A DNA stretch of 64,000 nucleotides from the NCBI GenBank assembly GCA_021776055.1, contig JAJFGP010000062.1, positions 30,147-94,146 on the forward strand, in the 5' to 3' direction. Below, piece by piece: positions 15,234-25,357 of the stretch. The stretch's first letter is position 1, and every line of letters begins with the position of its first letter. Source of the stretch: Kiloniellaceae bacterium. GTDB lineage: Bacteria > Pseudomonadota > Alphaproteobacteria > Kiloniellales > J153. The position numbers and the translations under genes were made by a program. The notes beneath the pieces were generated by a model. It had not been told where the DNA came from and searched no databases. It saw only the letters and a list, made by a program, of their open reading frames with translations.

Positions 15234-16121
15234 ATGGATCGAATGACGGCCTTGCGAGTATTCAACAGTGTTGTTGAAAACGGAAGTTTCTCCGGAGCTG
15301 CCAGGAGTTTGAGACTGTCAAACGCCGCAGTTAGTAAGAATATTGCCGAGCTCGAAGCGCATCTGGGTGTGGAGCTTATCTCTAGAACCACACGTAGAAT
15401 GCGACTAACGGATGCCGGAAGCGATTACCACCAAAAGATAGAACGAATTCTGGGAGACTTGGACGACGCTGACGACGCTATTAGCGATTGCGCTGCGTCC
15501 CCAAGAGGGAAGCTGCGCGTCACCGCACCTATGTCGTTCGGGTTGATAAAACTCGCTTCTTTGGTTCCTGAGTTCCTCGAGGTGTATCCCGAAATAGTGT
15601 TCGACCTCGATCTTAATGATGCGAACGTTGATTTGATTACCGAACACTTTGATGTCGCAGTTCGTGGCAGCGGGAAGCTGAAGGACTCGAATCTTGTTGC
15701 ACGCAAACTCATGGAGCTTGAACGTGTAGTCTGCGCTTCGCCGGCTTACCTGGATGCCCGGGGTGTTCCGAAAACGCCTGAAGATCTGTTGGCGCACAGA
15801 TGTGTAATCTACTCGCTATCGAGCGAGCCGGGGAATTGGCGGCTTAGCCGCGGAGGCGAGCCTGCCGAAATCAGTGTCTCAGGGGCTTATCGGGTTAACA
15901 ACAGCATTGCGATACGGGAGGCATTGCTGAGCGGTGTGGGCATAGCAATTATACCTCGCATTTATGTCGAGGATGATCTGCGTCGCGGCGATCTAGTGAC
16001 AATATTAGGCGAATGGGAAACTGTGACTCAGTCTGTTTTTTCGATCTTTCCATCAGGAAAATTCCTTCCTCAACGAACCCGCGTTTTTGTTGATTTCCTA
16101 GTTGAAAGACTTTCCCGATAG
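15234..16121 (+). CDS. LysR-family transcriptional regulator
   Basis: N-terminal HTH MDRMTALRVFNSVVENGSFSGAARSLRLSNAAVSKNIAELEAHLGVELISRTTR plus a LysR substrate-binding-domain length. Confidence 0.9.
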   Translation: MDRMTALRVFNSVVENGSFSGAARSLRLSNAAVSKNIAELEAHLGVELISRTTRRMRLTDAGSDYHQKIERILGDLDDADDAISDCAASPRGKLRVTAPMSFGLIKLASLVPEFLEVYPEIVFDLDLNDANVDLITEHFDVAVRGSGKLKDSNLVARKLMELERVVCASPAYLDARGVPKTPEDLLAHRCVIYSLSSEPGNWRLSRGGEPAEISVSGAYRVNNSIAIREALLSGVGIAIIPRIYVEDDLRRGDLVTILGEWETVTQSVFSIFPSGKFLPQRTRVFVDFLVERLSR

Positions 16122-16250
16122 CCATTCTTATATTTTACCGTGAGTAAAAATACTTCTCCAATTCGTGCAATTATCATCAGGCCTTTCTTTTCTTAAGCTC
16201 ACCTTAATCGTGCCGGGCAAAAGCCAGGGTGGAATTAAGGGAGGAAGAAA

Positions 16251-17246
16251 ATGAGCGGCGAGAAGAAACTGCTGAAATTTACCGCTGGTGTGATGGCGGC
16301 TCTGGCAATGAACTTTGCCGGAGTGGCTTTTGCGCAGGATGCAGTCGGGACGAGCCCCTGGGGTCCGAAGGACGAGCTGGGGCGCATGAATTTGATGACC
16401 GAGGAGTCGCGTGCCTCGATCCTATCGAGGGTTTCCGGCGGGAAATCCTATGATCTTTCGGTGGAGTATTTCATCGGTATGCCCGGCTGGCACGCTGCTG
16501 GAGACCCTCGCTATCAGATATGGCTGACCCACTCACCGCGCGGAAACGTGGTCGCCGATCCGCTTGGTGTGGGTACAGATCAAAACGAACATGTCAGCTA
16601 CACCGGTACCGCGGTGTCTATGTATTCGCACACAGGCACCCATATCGATGCGCTGAATCATTTCGGGGTCGACGGTGATATCTACAACCACTTTAGCGCC
16701 GATAAATACCTCGGCGACCGTGGTTGGAAGAAGACCGGCGCCGAGACAATTCCTGTTCTGATCGCCCGTGGGGTATTGATCGATGTTGCTGGCGCCAAGG
16801 GCGTCGATGCCCTCGATGGCAACTACAAGATTACGCGTGCCGATCTGAAAGACGCTCTCAAAAAACAAGGCACCACCTTGGCTGAGGGCGACATCATTCT
16901 AATCCGCACCGGGCGCATGAGGGACTTCGAGGACTACGACGCGTTCATGACCGATCCTCCGGGCATGGGGCTCGATGCCGCCAAATTCCTTGTGGAAGAC
17001 AACGGTGCAATGGTTCTTGGCGCTGATAACTTAAGCTTTGAAGCGTTCCCGTCTGAAGTGGAAGGTAACTACATCCCGCTTCATACCTATCTTCTGGCCC
17101 AGCACGGGGTTCCAATCATGGAACTGGTCTATCTGGAGGATGTCGCTGCCGACGGGGTTTACGAATTCGTGTTTGTAGGCGGTTCGCTGAAACTGCGCGG
17201 CGCGGATGCGGCTCCCATGCGGCCCGTCGCTTTTCCAATTAATTGA
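16251..17246 (+). CDS. cyclase-family protein (kynurenine formamidase-like), secreted
   Basis: Signal-peptide-like N-terminus. HTGTHIDALNHF matches the HxGTHxDxPxH-type cyclase motif. Confidence 0.8.
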   Translation: MSGEKKLLKFTAGVMAALAMNFAGVAFAQDAVGTSPWGPKDELGRMNLMTEESRASILSRVSGGKSYDLSVEYFIGMPGWHAAGDPRYQIWLTHSPRGNVVADPLGVGTDQNEHVSYTGTAVSMYSHTGTHIDALNHFGVDGDIYNHFSADKYLGDRGWKKTGAETIPVLIARGVLIDVAGAKGVDALDGNYKITRADLKDALKKQGTTLAEGDIILIRTGRMRDFEDYDAFMTDPPGMGLDAAKFLVEDNGAMVLGADNLSFEAFPSEVEGNYIPLHTYLLAQHGVPIMELVYLEDVAADGVYEFVFVGGSLKLRGADAAPMRPVAFPIN

Positions 17247-17450
17247 CGGCAAATCTGGCGTCGGGAACCTCCCGCCCGGCGTCAGCCTCTCGTACTTAGT
17301 CGCACGCGGCCGTCGATCTCGTCTTTCAACAAAGTGGCCGAATAATTCGGTGCAGCCATCGACAATGGCTGCGTCTAGTAGGCCAAAACCTTCGCCTCGT
17401 TGCGGCTCCTTACTGTCTGCATTGGGCGCGTCAACAGAAGAGGAAACGAA

Positions 17451-18500
17451 ATGAAGAACGCATCAAGGTTAGCCGCTATCACCATTCCGCTGCTCGTGTT
17501 GGGTACAACTCTGGCCACGGCTCAGGAGATTTCGGCTGTCGGTAGTTGGAGTGGTTTGCCGCTCCACAAGAATTACGAGGCCCCGTTTTGGAATGACATC
17601 CTTCCCGCTGCTTCGGGCGGAAAGATCTCCGTTAAACTTACGACGTTTGACCAGATGGGCGTGAAAGGCGGAGACGTTTTCCGGCTGTTGAGCGATGGTG
17701 TATTCGATGTCGGCATGACCGTGGGTGACTATACGGTAGGCGATGCCCCCGAGCTGGAGGGGCTCGACGTTCCGCTGATCGCGACCACCGCCGAAGAAGC
17801 CAAGGCAATGGTCGATGCGGCGCGCCCAATGGTGGCCGATATCATGGCCAATCGGTTTAATTCAGAGCTGTTGGCAATAGCGCCTTATCCCCCTCAGATT
17901 GTCTTCTGCAGGGAAGAAGTTGCGTCAATGGAGGATCTGAAAGGCCGTAAAATTCGCGGCTCTGGGCGTATGACGACCAAGTTTCTTGAAGCCCTGGGGG
18001 CGGAGGGGATTAACCTCGCATTCTCCGAGGTGCCCGGTGCGCTTGAACGCGGTGTTGTTGACTGCGCGGTGACTGGTGCGGGTTCGGGTTACTCATCGGG
18101 CTGGTGGGAGGTGTCGAAATATCTCGTAACACTGCCGCTTGGTGGGTGGGATCCTGTGATCACGGCCATGAACCGTGACAAATGGAACAGCTTGGATGCC
18201 AAAACACAGGACTTCCTTCGTGCGGAAATTACGCAGAAATTTGAAGCCCCTGCCTGGGCCAATGCCGGTTCTTCCTATTCAGATGAGATTGCGTGCCTGA
18301 CCGGAGTGGGCGCCTGTCCGTTGGGTAAGGCAGCTGACATGAAGCTGGTGACGCCAAGTGACGCCGATGTTGCCAAAGCGCGGGACATTCTCATTACCTC
18401 AGTTTTGCCGGACTGGGCGAAGCGTGCCGGCAGCGATTGGGCTGAACGCTGGAATAAAACCGTTGGGGCAGTAGCGGGTGTGGCGATCGTCGCCAAATAA
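17451..18500 (+). CDS. TRAP transporter substrate-binding protein (DctP family)
   Basis: Signal peptide MKNASRLAAITIPLLVLGTTLATAQE after AGAGGAA. It precedes the DctQ/DctM genes. Start trimmed from 17400. Confidence 0.85.
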   Translation: MKNASRLAAITIPLLVLGTTLATAQEISAVGSWSGLPLHKNYEAPFWNDILPAASGGKISVKLTTFDQMGVKGGDVFRLLSDGVFDVGMTVGDYTVGDAPELEGLDVPLIATTAEEAKAMVDAARPMVADIMANRFNSELLAIAPYPPQIVFCREEVASMEDLKGRKIRGSGRMTTKFLEALGAEGINLAFSEVPGALERGVVDCAVTGAGSGYSSGWWEVSKYLVTLPLGGWDPVITAMNRDKWNSLDAKTQDFLRAEITQKFEAPAWANAGSSYSDEIACLTGVGACPLGKAADMKLVTPSDADVAKARDILITSVLPDWAKRAGSDWAERWNKTVGAVAGVAIVAK

Positions 18501-18519
18501 GCCCGTGCGCCGTGGAACA

Positions 18520-19080
18520 ATGGAAATGACAATATTTGACTTGGCAGCCATTCTACGGCGCATAAATAAATGTATCGCGCTGGTCGTGGGATTTGGAATT
18601 CTCGCGACCAGCGGGTACATAGTCACCGACATTGTTCTGCGTAAACTCGGCATGTCTCTCGGTGGGTCCGACGAAATCTCGGGCTACATAATGGCCGGAG
18701 TTGCCAGCTGGGGTATGTCCTTTGGGCTGACAGAGCTGGCCCATGTGCGGATTGATGTAATTAGACTTCGGCTGATGCCGTTTTGGCGGTCAGGTCTTGA
18801 TGTCTTTTCGATCTTGGTTTTGGCAGCCGTCGTTTCGTTGATCGCGATTCAAGCCTGGCCAGTTCTCGAGAAGACTATGGCGCGAGATTCGCATGCAAAT
18901 ACACCGCTTGAAACGCCACTTTGGGTCCCTCAGTTAATCTGGTTTTCAGGTTGGCTTTGGTTTGCCGTAACTGCGGTTATCCTGACGGCACTGGCTGCGA
19001 TCTGTCTCGGAAGGCAACAGTATAAGGCGGTAGCTGACGTATCGGGAATCGGCTCTGAGCTTGATGAGATCTCCAAGTGA
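18520..19080 (+). CDS. TRAP transporter small permease (DctQ family)
   Basis: Four hydrophobic segments, ~186 aa. Stop overlaps the DctM start. Start trimmed to MEMTIFD. Confidence 0.8.
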   Translation: MEMTIFDLAAILRRINKCIALVVGFGILATSGYIVTDIVLRKLGMSLGGSDEISGYIMAGVASWGMSFGLTELAHVRIDVIRLRLMPFWRSGLDVFSILVLAAVVSLIAIQAWPVLEKTMARDSHANTPLETPLWVPQLIWFSGWLWFAVTAVILTALAAICLGRQQYKAVADVSGIGSELDEISK

Positions 19081-20357
19081 TCGGGTCGGTCACGCTTGCG
19101 CTTTTTGTTTTGCTCGGGCTTTCGATCCCCGTTGGAATCGTTCTGTTTCTTCTGGGGTTCGGTGTTGACTACTTCTATTCACCCTTTCCATTGATCCGTG
19201 GGCTCGGTCAGGTTGTCTGGTCTTCGTCCAATAGCTCGACGCTGATCGCCATTCCTCTTTTTGTTCTACTTGGCGAAATTCTTGTCAGAGGGGGCGTGGC
19301 GGAGCGCACTTATGCCGCGCTGGATAAGTGGTTTTCGTGGCTTCCAGGTGGGCTGGTGCACGCCAACGTCGTCACGGCTACTGCGTTCTCGGCTACATCA
19401 GGTTCGTCGGTCGCGACCGCGGCGACGGTTGCTACCGTCGCCATGCCGCAGGCCGACAAGTTGGGTTATGATCCGCGCCTATTTTCAGGCGCAATCGCAG
19501 CAGGCGGTACGCTGGGTATCTTGATACCGCCATCCATAAACCTGATTGTTTTCGGGTTTCTGACAGAAACATCAATACCACGGTTGTTCCTTGCTGGGTT
19601 GCTTCCCGGTTTGGCGTTGGCGCTTGGGTTTATGATTGTCACGGCCCTGATTTGCTGCGTTCGCCCCTCTTTGGGTGGTGCATCCAGAACCTTCACGTGG
19701 AATGAGCGCCTTATGGCGTTATTTCAACTACTGCCAATTCTGGTTCTTTTCCTCGTGGTCGTCGGGTCGATTTATGCGGGCTGGGCAACACCCACGGAAT
19801 CCGCCGCGATCGGTGTAACCATGGCGATCGCCATCACCATGGCCTACCGCAGCTTTGGTTGGCATATGCTGAAAAGTAGCATGACCGGGTCCGTTCGGAT
19901 CACCTCCATGATCATGCTGGTCGTCGTTGGTGCCTTCTTCCTGAACTTCGTCTTGGCCTCTGCTGGTATGGGGCGTGAGCTGCGCTTGTTCGTCACGGGA
20001 CTTGGTGTCGGACCAATGGAGACACTGATTGTGATCATCGGGCTTTACGTTGTCCTCGGCTTCTTCATTGAAACACTTTCTCTGATGGTAATGACCATCC
20101 CAATCATTGTGCCGATCGTTGTCGACCTGGGTTTTGACAAAGTCTGGTTCGGCGTTCTGATGATCGTGCTGATCGAAATGGCGCTGATTACACCACCCGT
20201 AGGTATGAACTTGTATGTCGTACAGGGCGCGAGAAAAAACGGAGTGATGTCAGAAGTGATGGTGGGAGCCGTGCCCTTCGTGCTGGTGATGTTGATGATG
20301 GTCGGGCTGCTGGTCCTGTTCCCTCAACTCGCGCTCTACTTACCCTCGAAACTTTGA
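19077..20357 (+). CDS. TRAP transporter large permease (DctM family)
   Basis: 426 aa polytopic protein with typical DctM segments (SSNSSTLIAIPLFVLLGEIL, GIPPSINLIV). Confidence 0.9.
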   Translation: MIGSVTLALFVLLGLSIPVGIVLFLLGFGVDYFYSPFPLIRGLGQVVWSSSNSSTLIAIPLFVLLGEILVRGGVAERTYAALDKWFSWLPGGLVHANVVTATAFSATSGSSVATAATVATVAMPQADKLGYDPRLFSGAIAAGGTLGILIPPSINLIVFGFLTETSIPRLFLAGLLPGLALALGFMIVTALICCVRPSLGGASRTFTWNERLMALFQLLPILVLFLVVVGSIYAGWATPTESAAIGVTMAIAITMAYRSFGWHMLKSSMTGSVRITSMIMLVVVGAFFLNFVLASAGMGRELRLFVTGLGVGPMETLIVIIGLYVVLGFFIETLSLMVMTIPIIVPIVVDLGFDKVWFGVLMIVLIEMALITPPVGMNLYVVQGARKNGVMSEVMVGAVPFVLVMLMMVGLLVLFPQLALYLPSKL

Positions 20358-21052
20358 ATTTGGATGAAAAATTGATGCGATTCTCGCTTGATACCCGTGA
20401 TCTTGACGTGAAGGTCGTAAAAGCAATTATTGCTGGCTGGACGGGGCGCGACCGCGATGTACTTGATCGTCATATCGAAGAATTGGCGGAGCTGGGGGTG
20501 GCGCCCCCTTCGACAGTGCCACTATTCTACCGCGTATCCTCTCAGCTCTTGACGCAGGCCGCCGAGATTGAGGTGGTCGGACCCGACACCTCTGGCGAGG
20601 TGGAACCGCTAATCATTGCAACGCGCCAGGATGTATTTCTAGGCCTGGCTTCGGACCATACAGACCGCGCGCTTGAAGCCACATCAGTCGCTGCATCGAA
20701 GCAAGCCTGTCCCAAGTCCATCGCCACGCGGCTCTGGCGCTTGCGCGATGTCGAGGACCGACTAGACAGCATGGAAATACGATCCTGGATTTGGGAAGGT
20801 GAAAGTTGGGTGCCTTACCAGGAGGGGTCTCTTGCCGGAATTCGGCCGTTGGGCAAACTGATTGAAGCGGCGGCAATAGAGACTGCGCGGCTCGGCGCGG
20901 ACGAAGCTATCGCCATGCTGTGTGGGACTTGTCCGGTCATTTCCGGTGGTATTCGTCCCGCGGCGCGGTTTCGCATGTCGATCTCGGATCCTGCGACTGG
21001 TATGGAAATAACTCACCACTATCGTTCAACCGCACTGCCTATTGTCGCATGA
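20354..21052 (+). CDS. conserved hypothetical protein (DUF2848-like by recollection)
   Basis: Coupled to both neighbours: TTG 20354 overlaps the dctM stop, and its stop overlaps the amidase ATG at 21049. An alternative ATG exists at 20375. Confidence 0.5.
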   Translation: MNLDEKLMRFSLDTRDLDVKVVKAIIAGWTGRDRDVLDRHIEELAELGVAPPSTVPLFYRVSSQLLTQAAEIEVVGPDTSGEVEPLIIATRQDVFLGLASDHTDRALEATSVAASKQACPKSIATRLWRLRDVEDRLDSMEIRSWIWEGESWVPYQEGSLAGIRPLGKLIEAAAIETARLGADEAIAMLCGTCPVISGGIRPAARFRMSISDPATGMEITHHYRSTALPIVA

Positions 21053-22344
21053 GCGGAGCAATCGTTAGAAAGACAGAGGCGGCTATCGCGCGCGTTCAGG
21101 GGCTTGGCGAACTGGCGTGCCGTATTTTCACCCAATTTGATCCCGCACGCATCCTTAAGGAAGCGGAAAGGGTGGATGCGAGGATCAACTCAGAACAGCA
21201 GGGGATGCCGCTCGCCGGATGGCTTGTGTCGGTCAAAGACTTGTTTGATGAGGCCGGGCAACGCACGACAGCAGGCTCGCGTCTTCTGGCCACGGCTGCG
21301 TTAGCTGAAGTGGACTGTGCTGTCGTGGCGCGGCTTCGAACAGCGGGCGCTGTCATATTTGGCCGTACGTCGATGAGCGAATTTGCATACTCAGGTGTCG
21401 GTCTTAACCCACACTTTGGAACGCCCGGCAACGCGCTGGAAAGCGCCCGCATTCCAGGGGGGTCTAGCTCCGGCGCGGCGCTGAGCGTGGCGCATGGGTT
21501 GTGCGATGCCGCTATAGGGACTGACACGGGAGGATCGGTTCGCATTCCTGCTGCCGCGAACGGGTTATTCGGCCTCAAACCCAGCCAGGCGGCCGTACCA
21601 ATGACGGGGGTTCATCCGCTTTCGACGACCTTTGATAGCGTGGGGTCAATTGCCAAAACATTCGATGAAACCGTTGCCGTTCTGTCGGTGATTTCCGGCA
21701 GAGACTTCTCGACACACGAGCCTCAGAGGAGTTCCAGTGTCCGAATAGGAGTGCCTTTTGGCGCGTTTGTCGATGACCTCGATGACGTAGTTGGAGAGTC
21801 ATGGGTTCAACTATGCGATCTGCTCGCCAGCGCCGGGGCTCACTTAGAAGAGATCGACCTTAGCTTTCTCACGGAAGCACTTCCGATTGCTCGCACGATC
21901 ATCGCGACCGAAGCACATAAACAGTATGGCGCGCGATTACCCGATCTAGACAGATTGGGCGACCCGCGTGTTTTGCGGCGCATCCGGTATGCGGAAACCC
22001 TGACGGAAGTCGAGATCTCCGATGCGTACGCGAGACGAGCAGAAGTCGTCCAGCGCTTTGATGAGGCGCTTGCTCCGGTCGATGCACTGATGGCACCCAC
22101 GCTCCCGATCTTGCCACCGATGATTTCCGAGGTTGAGGAGAATTTCGACGGGTTGAACTCCGCCATGTTGCGCAACCCTTCGATGATCAATATTGCCGAT
22201 GGCTGCGCCATTTCCGTGCCTTTCAGATCGTCACACTCTGTCTTTCCCGGCGCCGCGATGTTTTCTGCCCCGAATGGGCGTGATCTGGCTTTACTGTCGA
22301 CGGTACGCTCCCTGGTTCCCACGTTGACGGGATTCCAGCATTGA
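21049..22344 (+). CDS. amidase (amidase-signature family)
   Basis: GGSSSGAALSVAHGLCDAAIGTDTGGSVRIPAA signature. Start trimmed to ATG 21049 (ATGA overlap). Confidence 0.9.
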   Translation: MSGAIVRKTEAAIARVQGLGELACRIFTQFDPARILKEAERVDARINSEQQGMPLAGWLVSVKDLFDEAGQRTTAGSRLLATAALAEVDCAVVARLRTAGAVIFGRTSMSEFAYSGVGLNPHFGTPGNALESARIPGGSSSGAALSVAHGLCDAAIGTDTGGSVRIPAAANGLFGLKPSQAAVPMTGVHPLSTTFDSVGSIAKTFDETVAVLSVISGRDFSTHEPQRSSSVRIGVPFGAFVDDLDDVVGESWVQLCDLLASAGAHLEEIDLSFLTEALPIARTIIATEAHKQYGARLPDLDRLGDPRVLRRIRYAETLTEVEISDAYARRAEVVQRFDEALAPVDALMAPTLPILPPMISEVEENFDGLNSAMLRNPSMINIADGCAISVPFRSSHSVFPGAAMFSAPNGRDLALLSTVRSLVPTLTGFQH

Positions 22345-23489
22345 CCGATACCCAAACCCAGATTGACTCTCGGTTGAGCGGTGAGAACAAGCGCCGCATC
22401 TTAAAGCGCGACCCGGAACCCAAGCTATTCAAACCGATCTCTTTCCGAAGCGTGACGGCACGCAACCGAATCATGCTGTCCTCAATGTGCCAATACTCCG
22501 CGACAGATGGAATGCCGAACGACTGGCATCTTGTGCATCTTGGCGCGCGGGCCACGGGTGGAGCGGGTTTTGTCTTTACCGAGGCTGTCCATACGGAACC
22601 GCGTGGCCGGATCACGCCCCATTGCTTGGGCCTATGGAACGATGCACAGCGGGACGCACTAAAGCGGATCGCAGGTTTTGTCGGCGAGCAAGGCGCCATT
22701 CCAGGAGTTCAACTGGGCCATGCTGGCCGCAAGGCATCGGTCGGTCGGCCATGGGAAGGGACGCAGCCACTCTCTCCAAATGAGGGAGGGTGGAGCGTGG
22801 TTGGTGCTTCAAACAGACCTTACGCGGACGGATGGTTCAAGCCCGAAAAACTAGGACTTGATGGGATCGCGCGACAACTGGACCTTTTGGCCGCAGCTGT
22901 GCGGCGGGCGCGTGAGGCAGGATTTCAGGTGCTTGAGTTACACGGAGCACACGGATATCTGATCCATCAGTTTTTGTCTCCCCTTAGTAACGATCGCGAT
23001 GATGGCTATGGCGGGTCATTCGAAAACCGTATCCGGTTCTTGTTGGAATCTATTTCAGTTGTCCGCAGCGAGTGGCCATCTGACTTACCGCTTTTCTTGC
23101 GGATTTCGGTAACGGATTGGGTTGGTGGTGGCTGGAACGTCGACGACAGCGTTCGTCTTGCGAAGCAACTCAAAAAGGGAGGAGAGGTCGACCTAATCGA
23201 TTGTTCCTCTGGCGGGAATGACCCACGCCAGCAAATCCCAATCCATCCTGCCTACCAGGTTCCGTTGTCCTCGGCCGTTAGAAATGGGGCCGGAATTGCG
23301 ACCGGCGCAGTTGGGCTGTTGCACGGCCCTGACCTGGCCGAGTCCGTGCTTGCGAATGGGGATGCCGATTTGATCATCTTGGGCCGCGCTTTACTAGCGG
23401 ATCCGGTTTGGCCCCAGCGAGCAGCAAAGACGTTGAAAACAAAATCGGTCCATTGGCCGGTTCAGTACGAGCGTTCGGACATTTTTTAG
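22341..23489 (+). CDS. NADH:flavin oxidoreductase (Old Yellow Enzyme family)
   Basis: LFKPISFRSVTARNRIMLSSMCQYSA..., HGAHGYLIHQFLSPLSNDRDDGYGGS. TTG start overlaps the amidase stop. Confidence 0.85.
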   Translation: MTDTQTQIDSRLSGENKRRILKRDPEPKLFKPISFRSVTARNRIMLSSMCQYSATDGMPNDWHLVHLGARATGGAGFVFTEAVHTEPRGRITPHCLGLWNDAQRDALKRIAGFVGEQGAIPGVQLGHAGRKASVGRPWEGTQPLSPNEGGWSVVGASNRPYADGWFKPEKLGLDGIARQLDLLAAAVRRAREAGFQVLELHGAHGYLIHQFLSPLSNDRDDGYGGSFENRIRFLLESISVVRSEWPSDLPLFLRISVTDWVGGGWNVDDSVRLAKQLKKGGEVDLIDCSSGGNDPRQQIPIHPAYQVPLSSAVRNGAGIATGAVGLLHGPDLAESVLANGDADLIILGRALLADPVWPQRAAKTLKTKSVHWPVQYERSDIF

Positions 23490-23903
23490 GTCTGGTGTGG
23501 GTGGCCGTGACGTTCCGGCCATTGTATGCAGGGCTTGTCAACTGCGCTGGCTCAGAGCCCTAGTGTGAGAGGACAGTATCTGCTTATGACATCCTCCCTG
23601 AAACTCGGGCCCGGCCTCGCGTCGAGATTTTTCTTCTATGGGGTGGTTTCGAGTTCATACGCCCAATGCGAATTTACATAGTATCTCAAATCCGCTTGGA
23701 TAAGGCTGGATCATCACGCGGCTGCCTGGAAAAGACCCTGCTGATATCGTTGGTTGCGTGCCCCAATTTTGGTCCTTATGCGCCGGGCCAATAGGCCGAC
23801 ACTAAAATGATCCATCTCCGGCTATTTTGCGCTAAGCCACTGATTTTGACATGGATTTGACAATCGTGATCTAACTCTTTGATTTCTTTGAGTCGCGAGA
23901 GGT

Positions 23904-23948
23904 ATCACAATCCGCGTGTCGGGGGTTCGAGTCCCTCTCCCGCTACCA
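23904..23948 (+). repeat. direct repeat copy 2: tRNA 3'-half-like att sequence
   Basis: ATCACAATCCGCGTGTCGGGGGTTCGAGTCCCTCTCCCGCTACCA. It matches copy 1 at 44/45 positions (C23908 versus T14389). Confidence 0.8.
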
Positions 23949-23972
23949 AAATCAGTGTCCCCGGGTTGCTCA

Positions 23973-24006
23973 CCCGTTAGATTGATGATTTAGCGGGATT
24001 TTTTTT
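23973..24006 (+). terminator. putative rho-independent terminator downstream of repeat copy 2
   Basis: CCCGTTA-(11 nt loop)-TAGCGGG (one G-T pair), followed by A and T8 (23999-24006). Confidence 0.5.
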
Positions 24007-24052
24007 GATCCTTATCTATCTGTTCAATTTCGCGTCTGGGCACCACCAGGAA

Positions 24053-25357
24053 TCAAGTTCCAGCCAATGTGGGACACGTCACGGCGTCTTCGATCATCCC
24101 CGCCGCGACAGTGGCGCTGGTAGCCTCGTCGATCAGGATGAAGGCCCCGGTCGCGCGATTATCGCAGTAGGCGTCGAAGGCGATCGGAGAAGCGGTCTGG
24201 ATTGTCACCTGGGCAATGTCATTGCGGGCGAGCGCCGTCGGCGATGGTTCGGCGCCCAGTGCGCTTCCATGAAGGCGATGGTCAACCCTGGCAAGCCGCG
24301 CGGCGACGGTGCGGGTGCCGGTCTTGATCAGGATGCGTCCCGCATCCTCATGGGCCCGGTCGGCTAACCAGCACAGTGTTGCGTTGAAACGGTCGGAGAC
24401 CCTGAGCCGCGCGGTGGCATGAGCGAGCACGTCACCACGCGCGATATCCAGCTCATCGGATACCTCGAGGGCCACCGATTGCGGGGCGGCTGCGGTATCG
24501 AGCGGACCGTCGAAGGTCCAAATCGCACGTATCCGCGTGTCCGTGCTGGCGGGCAACACGGCAATCGTGTCGCCGACGGCGATGCGGCCCGACTCGATTC
24601 GGCCGAGGTAGCGGCGGGTCTGGCTGCCGTCCGCGCCCGCCACCCGCCGTACGAGTTGAACCGGGAAACGGAACGATGCGTCGGCGCACCGCCGGCTTGC
24701 CTGGGGCAACCCTTCGAGAGCGGCCAGAACCGGCGGCCCCTCGTACCATGGTGTGCGGGCGCTGGCGTCGACCACATTGTCTCCGAATTTGGCGGAGACC
24801 GGCACGAGGATCGGCTGTTCGGCTCCCACCGTCGCGGCGAATTCGGCGACCGACGCAGCCACGCCGGCGAAGGTGTTCGCGCTGAAGTCCACCAGATCCA
24901 TCTTGTTGACCGCCACCAAGAGATTGGGAACACCGAGCAGGTGGGCGAGGGTGATGTGCCGGCGGGTTTGCGCGGTCATCCCGACTTGTGCGCTGACCAG
25001 GATGACGGCGGCGTCCGCCGTGCTGGCTCCGGTTACCATGTTGCGGGTGTATTGTTCATGGCCCGGCGTGTCGGCGATGATGAACTTGCGCCGGGGCGTG
25101 GCAAAGTAGCGGTAGGCAACGTCGATTGTAATACCCTGCTCGCGTTCGGCTGTCAGCCCGTCAGTCAGCAGGGACAGATCGATTTCGCTCTCCCCGTTGC
25201 GCGCGGCGGTGCGGTCCAGCGCCGCGATCTGGTCTTCGGGCACGGTTCCGGAATCGTACAGGAGCCGGCCGATCAGCGTGCTCTTGCCGTCGTCGACACT
25301 GCCGGCGGTGGCAAAGCGCAGCAGCCCGCCACCGGCTTCCTGGTCAACCGGAGCCAT
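24053..25357 (-). CDS. cysN: sulfate adenylyltransferase subunit 1 (GTPase)
   Basis: FATAGSVDDGKSTLIGRLL G1 motif, DTPGHEQY, NKMD. Coupled to cysD. Confidence 0.9.
   Translation of the reverse strand: MAPVDQEAGGGLLRFATAGSVDDGKSTLIGRLLYDSGTVPEDQIAALDRTAARNGESEIDLSLLTDGLTAEREQGITIDVAYRYFATPRRKFIIADTPGHEQYTRNMVTGASTADAAVILVSAQVGMTAQTRRHITLAHLLGVPNLLVAVNKMDLVDFSANTFAGVAASVAEFAATVGAEQPILVPVSAKFGDNVVDASARTPWYEGPPVLAALEGLPQASRRCADASFRFPVQLVRRVAGADGSQTRRYLGRIESGRIAVGDTIAVLPASTDTRIRAIWTFDGPLDTAAAPQSVALEVSDELDIARGDVLAHATARLRVSDRFNATLCWLADRAHEDAGRILIKTGTRTVAARLARVDHRLHGSALGAEPSPTALARNDIAQVTIQTASPIAFDAYCDNRATGAFILIDEATSATVAAGMIEDAVTCPTLAGT

Noticed and set aside
17400-17450. N-terminal extensions of many track ORFs. 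Affected starts are 493, 13033-14280, 17400, 18478, 20920, 25357-26382, 27094-27861, 29287-29661, 36506, 39679, 47657, 48949 and 57822.
   Set aside because: The extensions overlap upstream genes or lack an RBS. Internal ATG/GTG starts give canonical N-termini (signal peptides, conserved first motifs) and stop/start coupling, so the coordinates were trimmed.
23904-24006. The idea that the tRNA-like repeat is the acceptor piece of a permuted two-piece alphaproteobacterial tmRNA. AGCGGGA, complementary to the acceptor 3' strand, occurs ~45 nt downstream at 23991-23997.
   Set aside because: The stem would lack the G3:U70 alanine identity pair. There is no room for a tag-coding piece before cysN (24053). 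The AGCGGGA is better explained as the 3' arm of a local hairpin followed by T8, i.e. a terminator.
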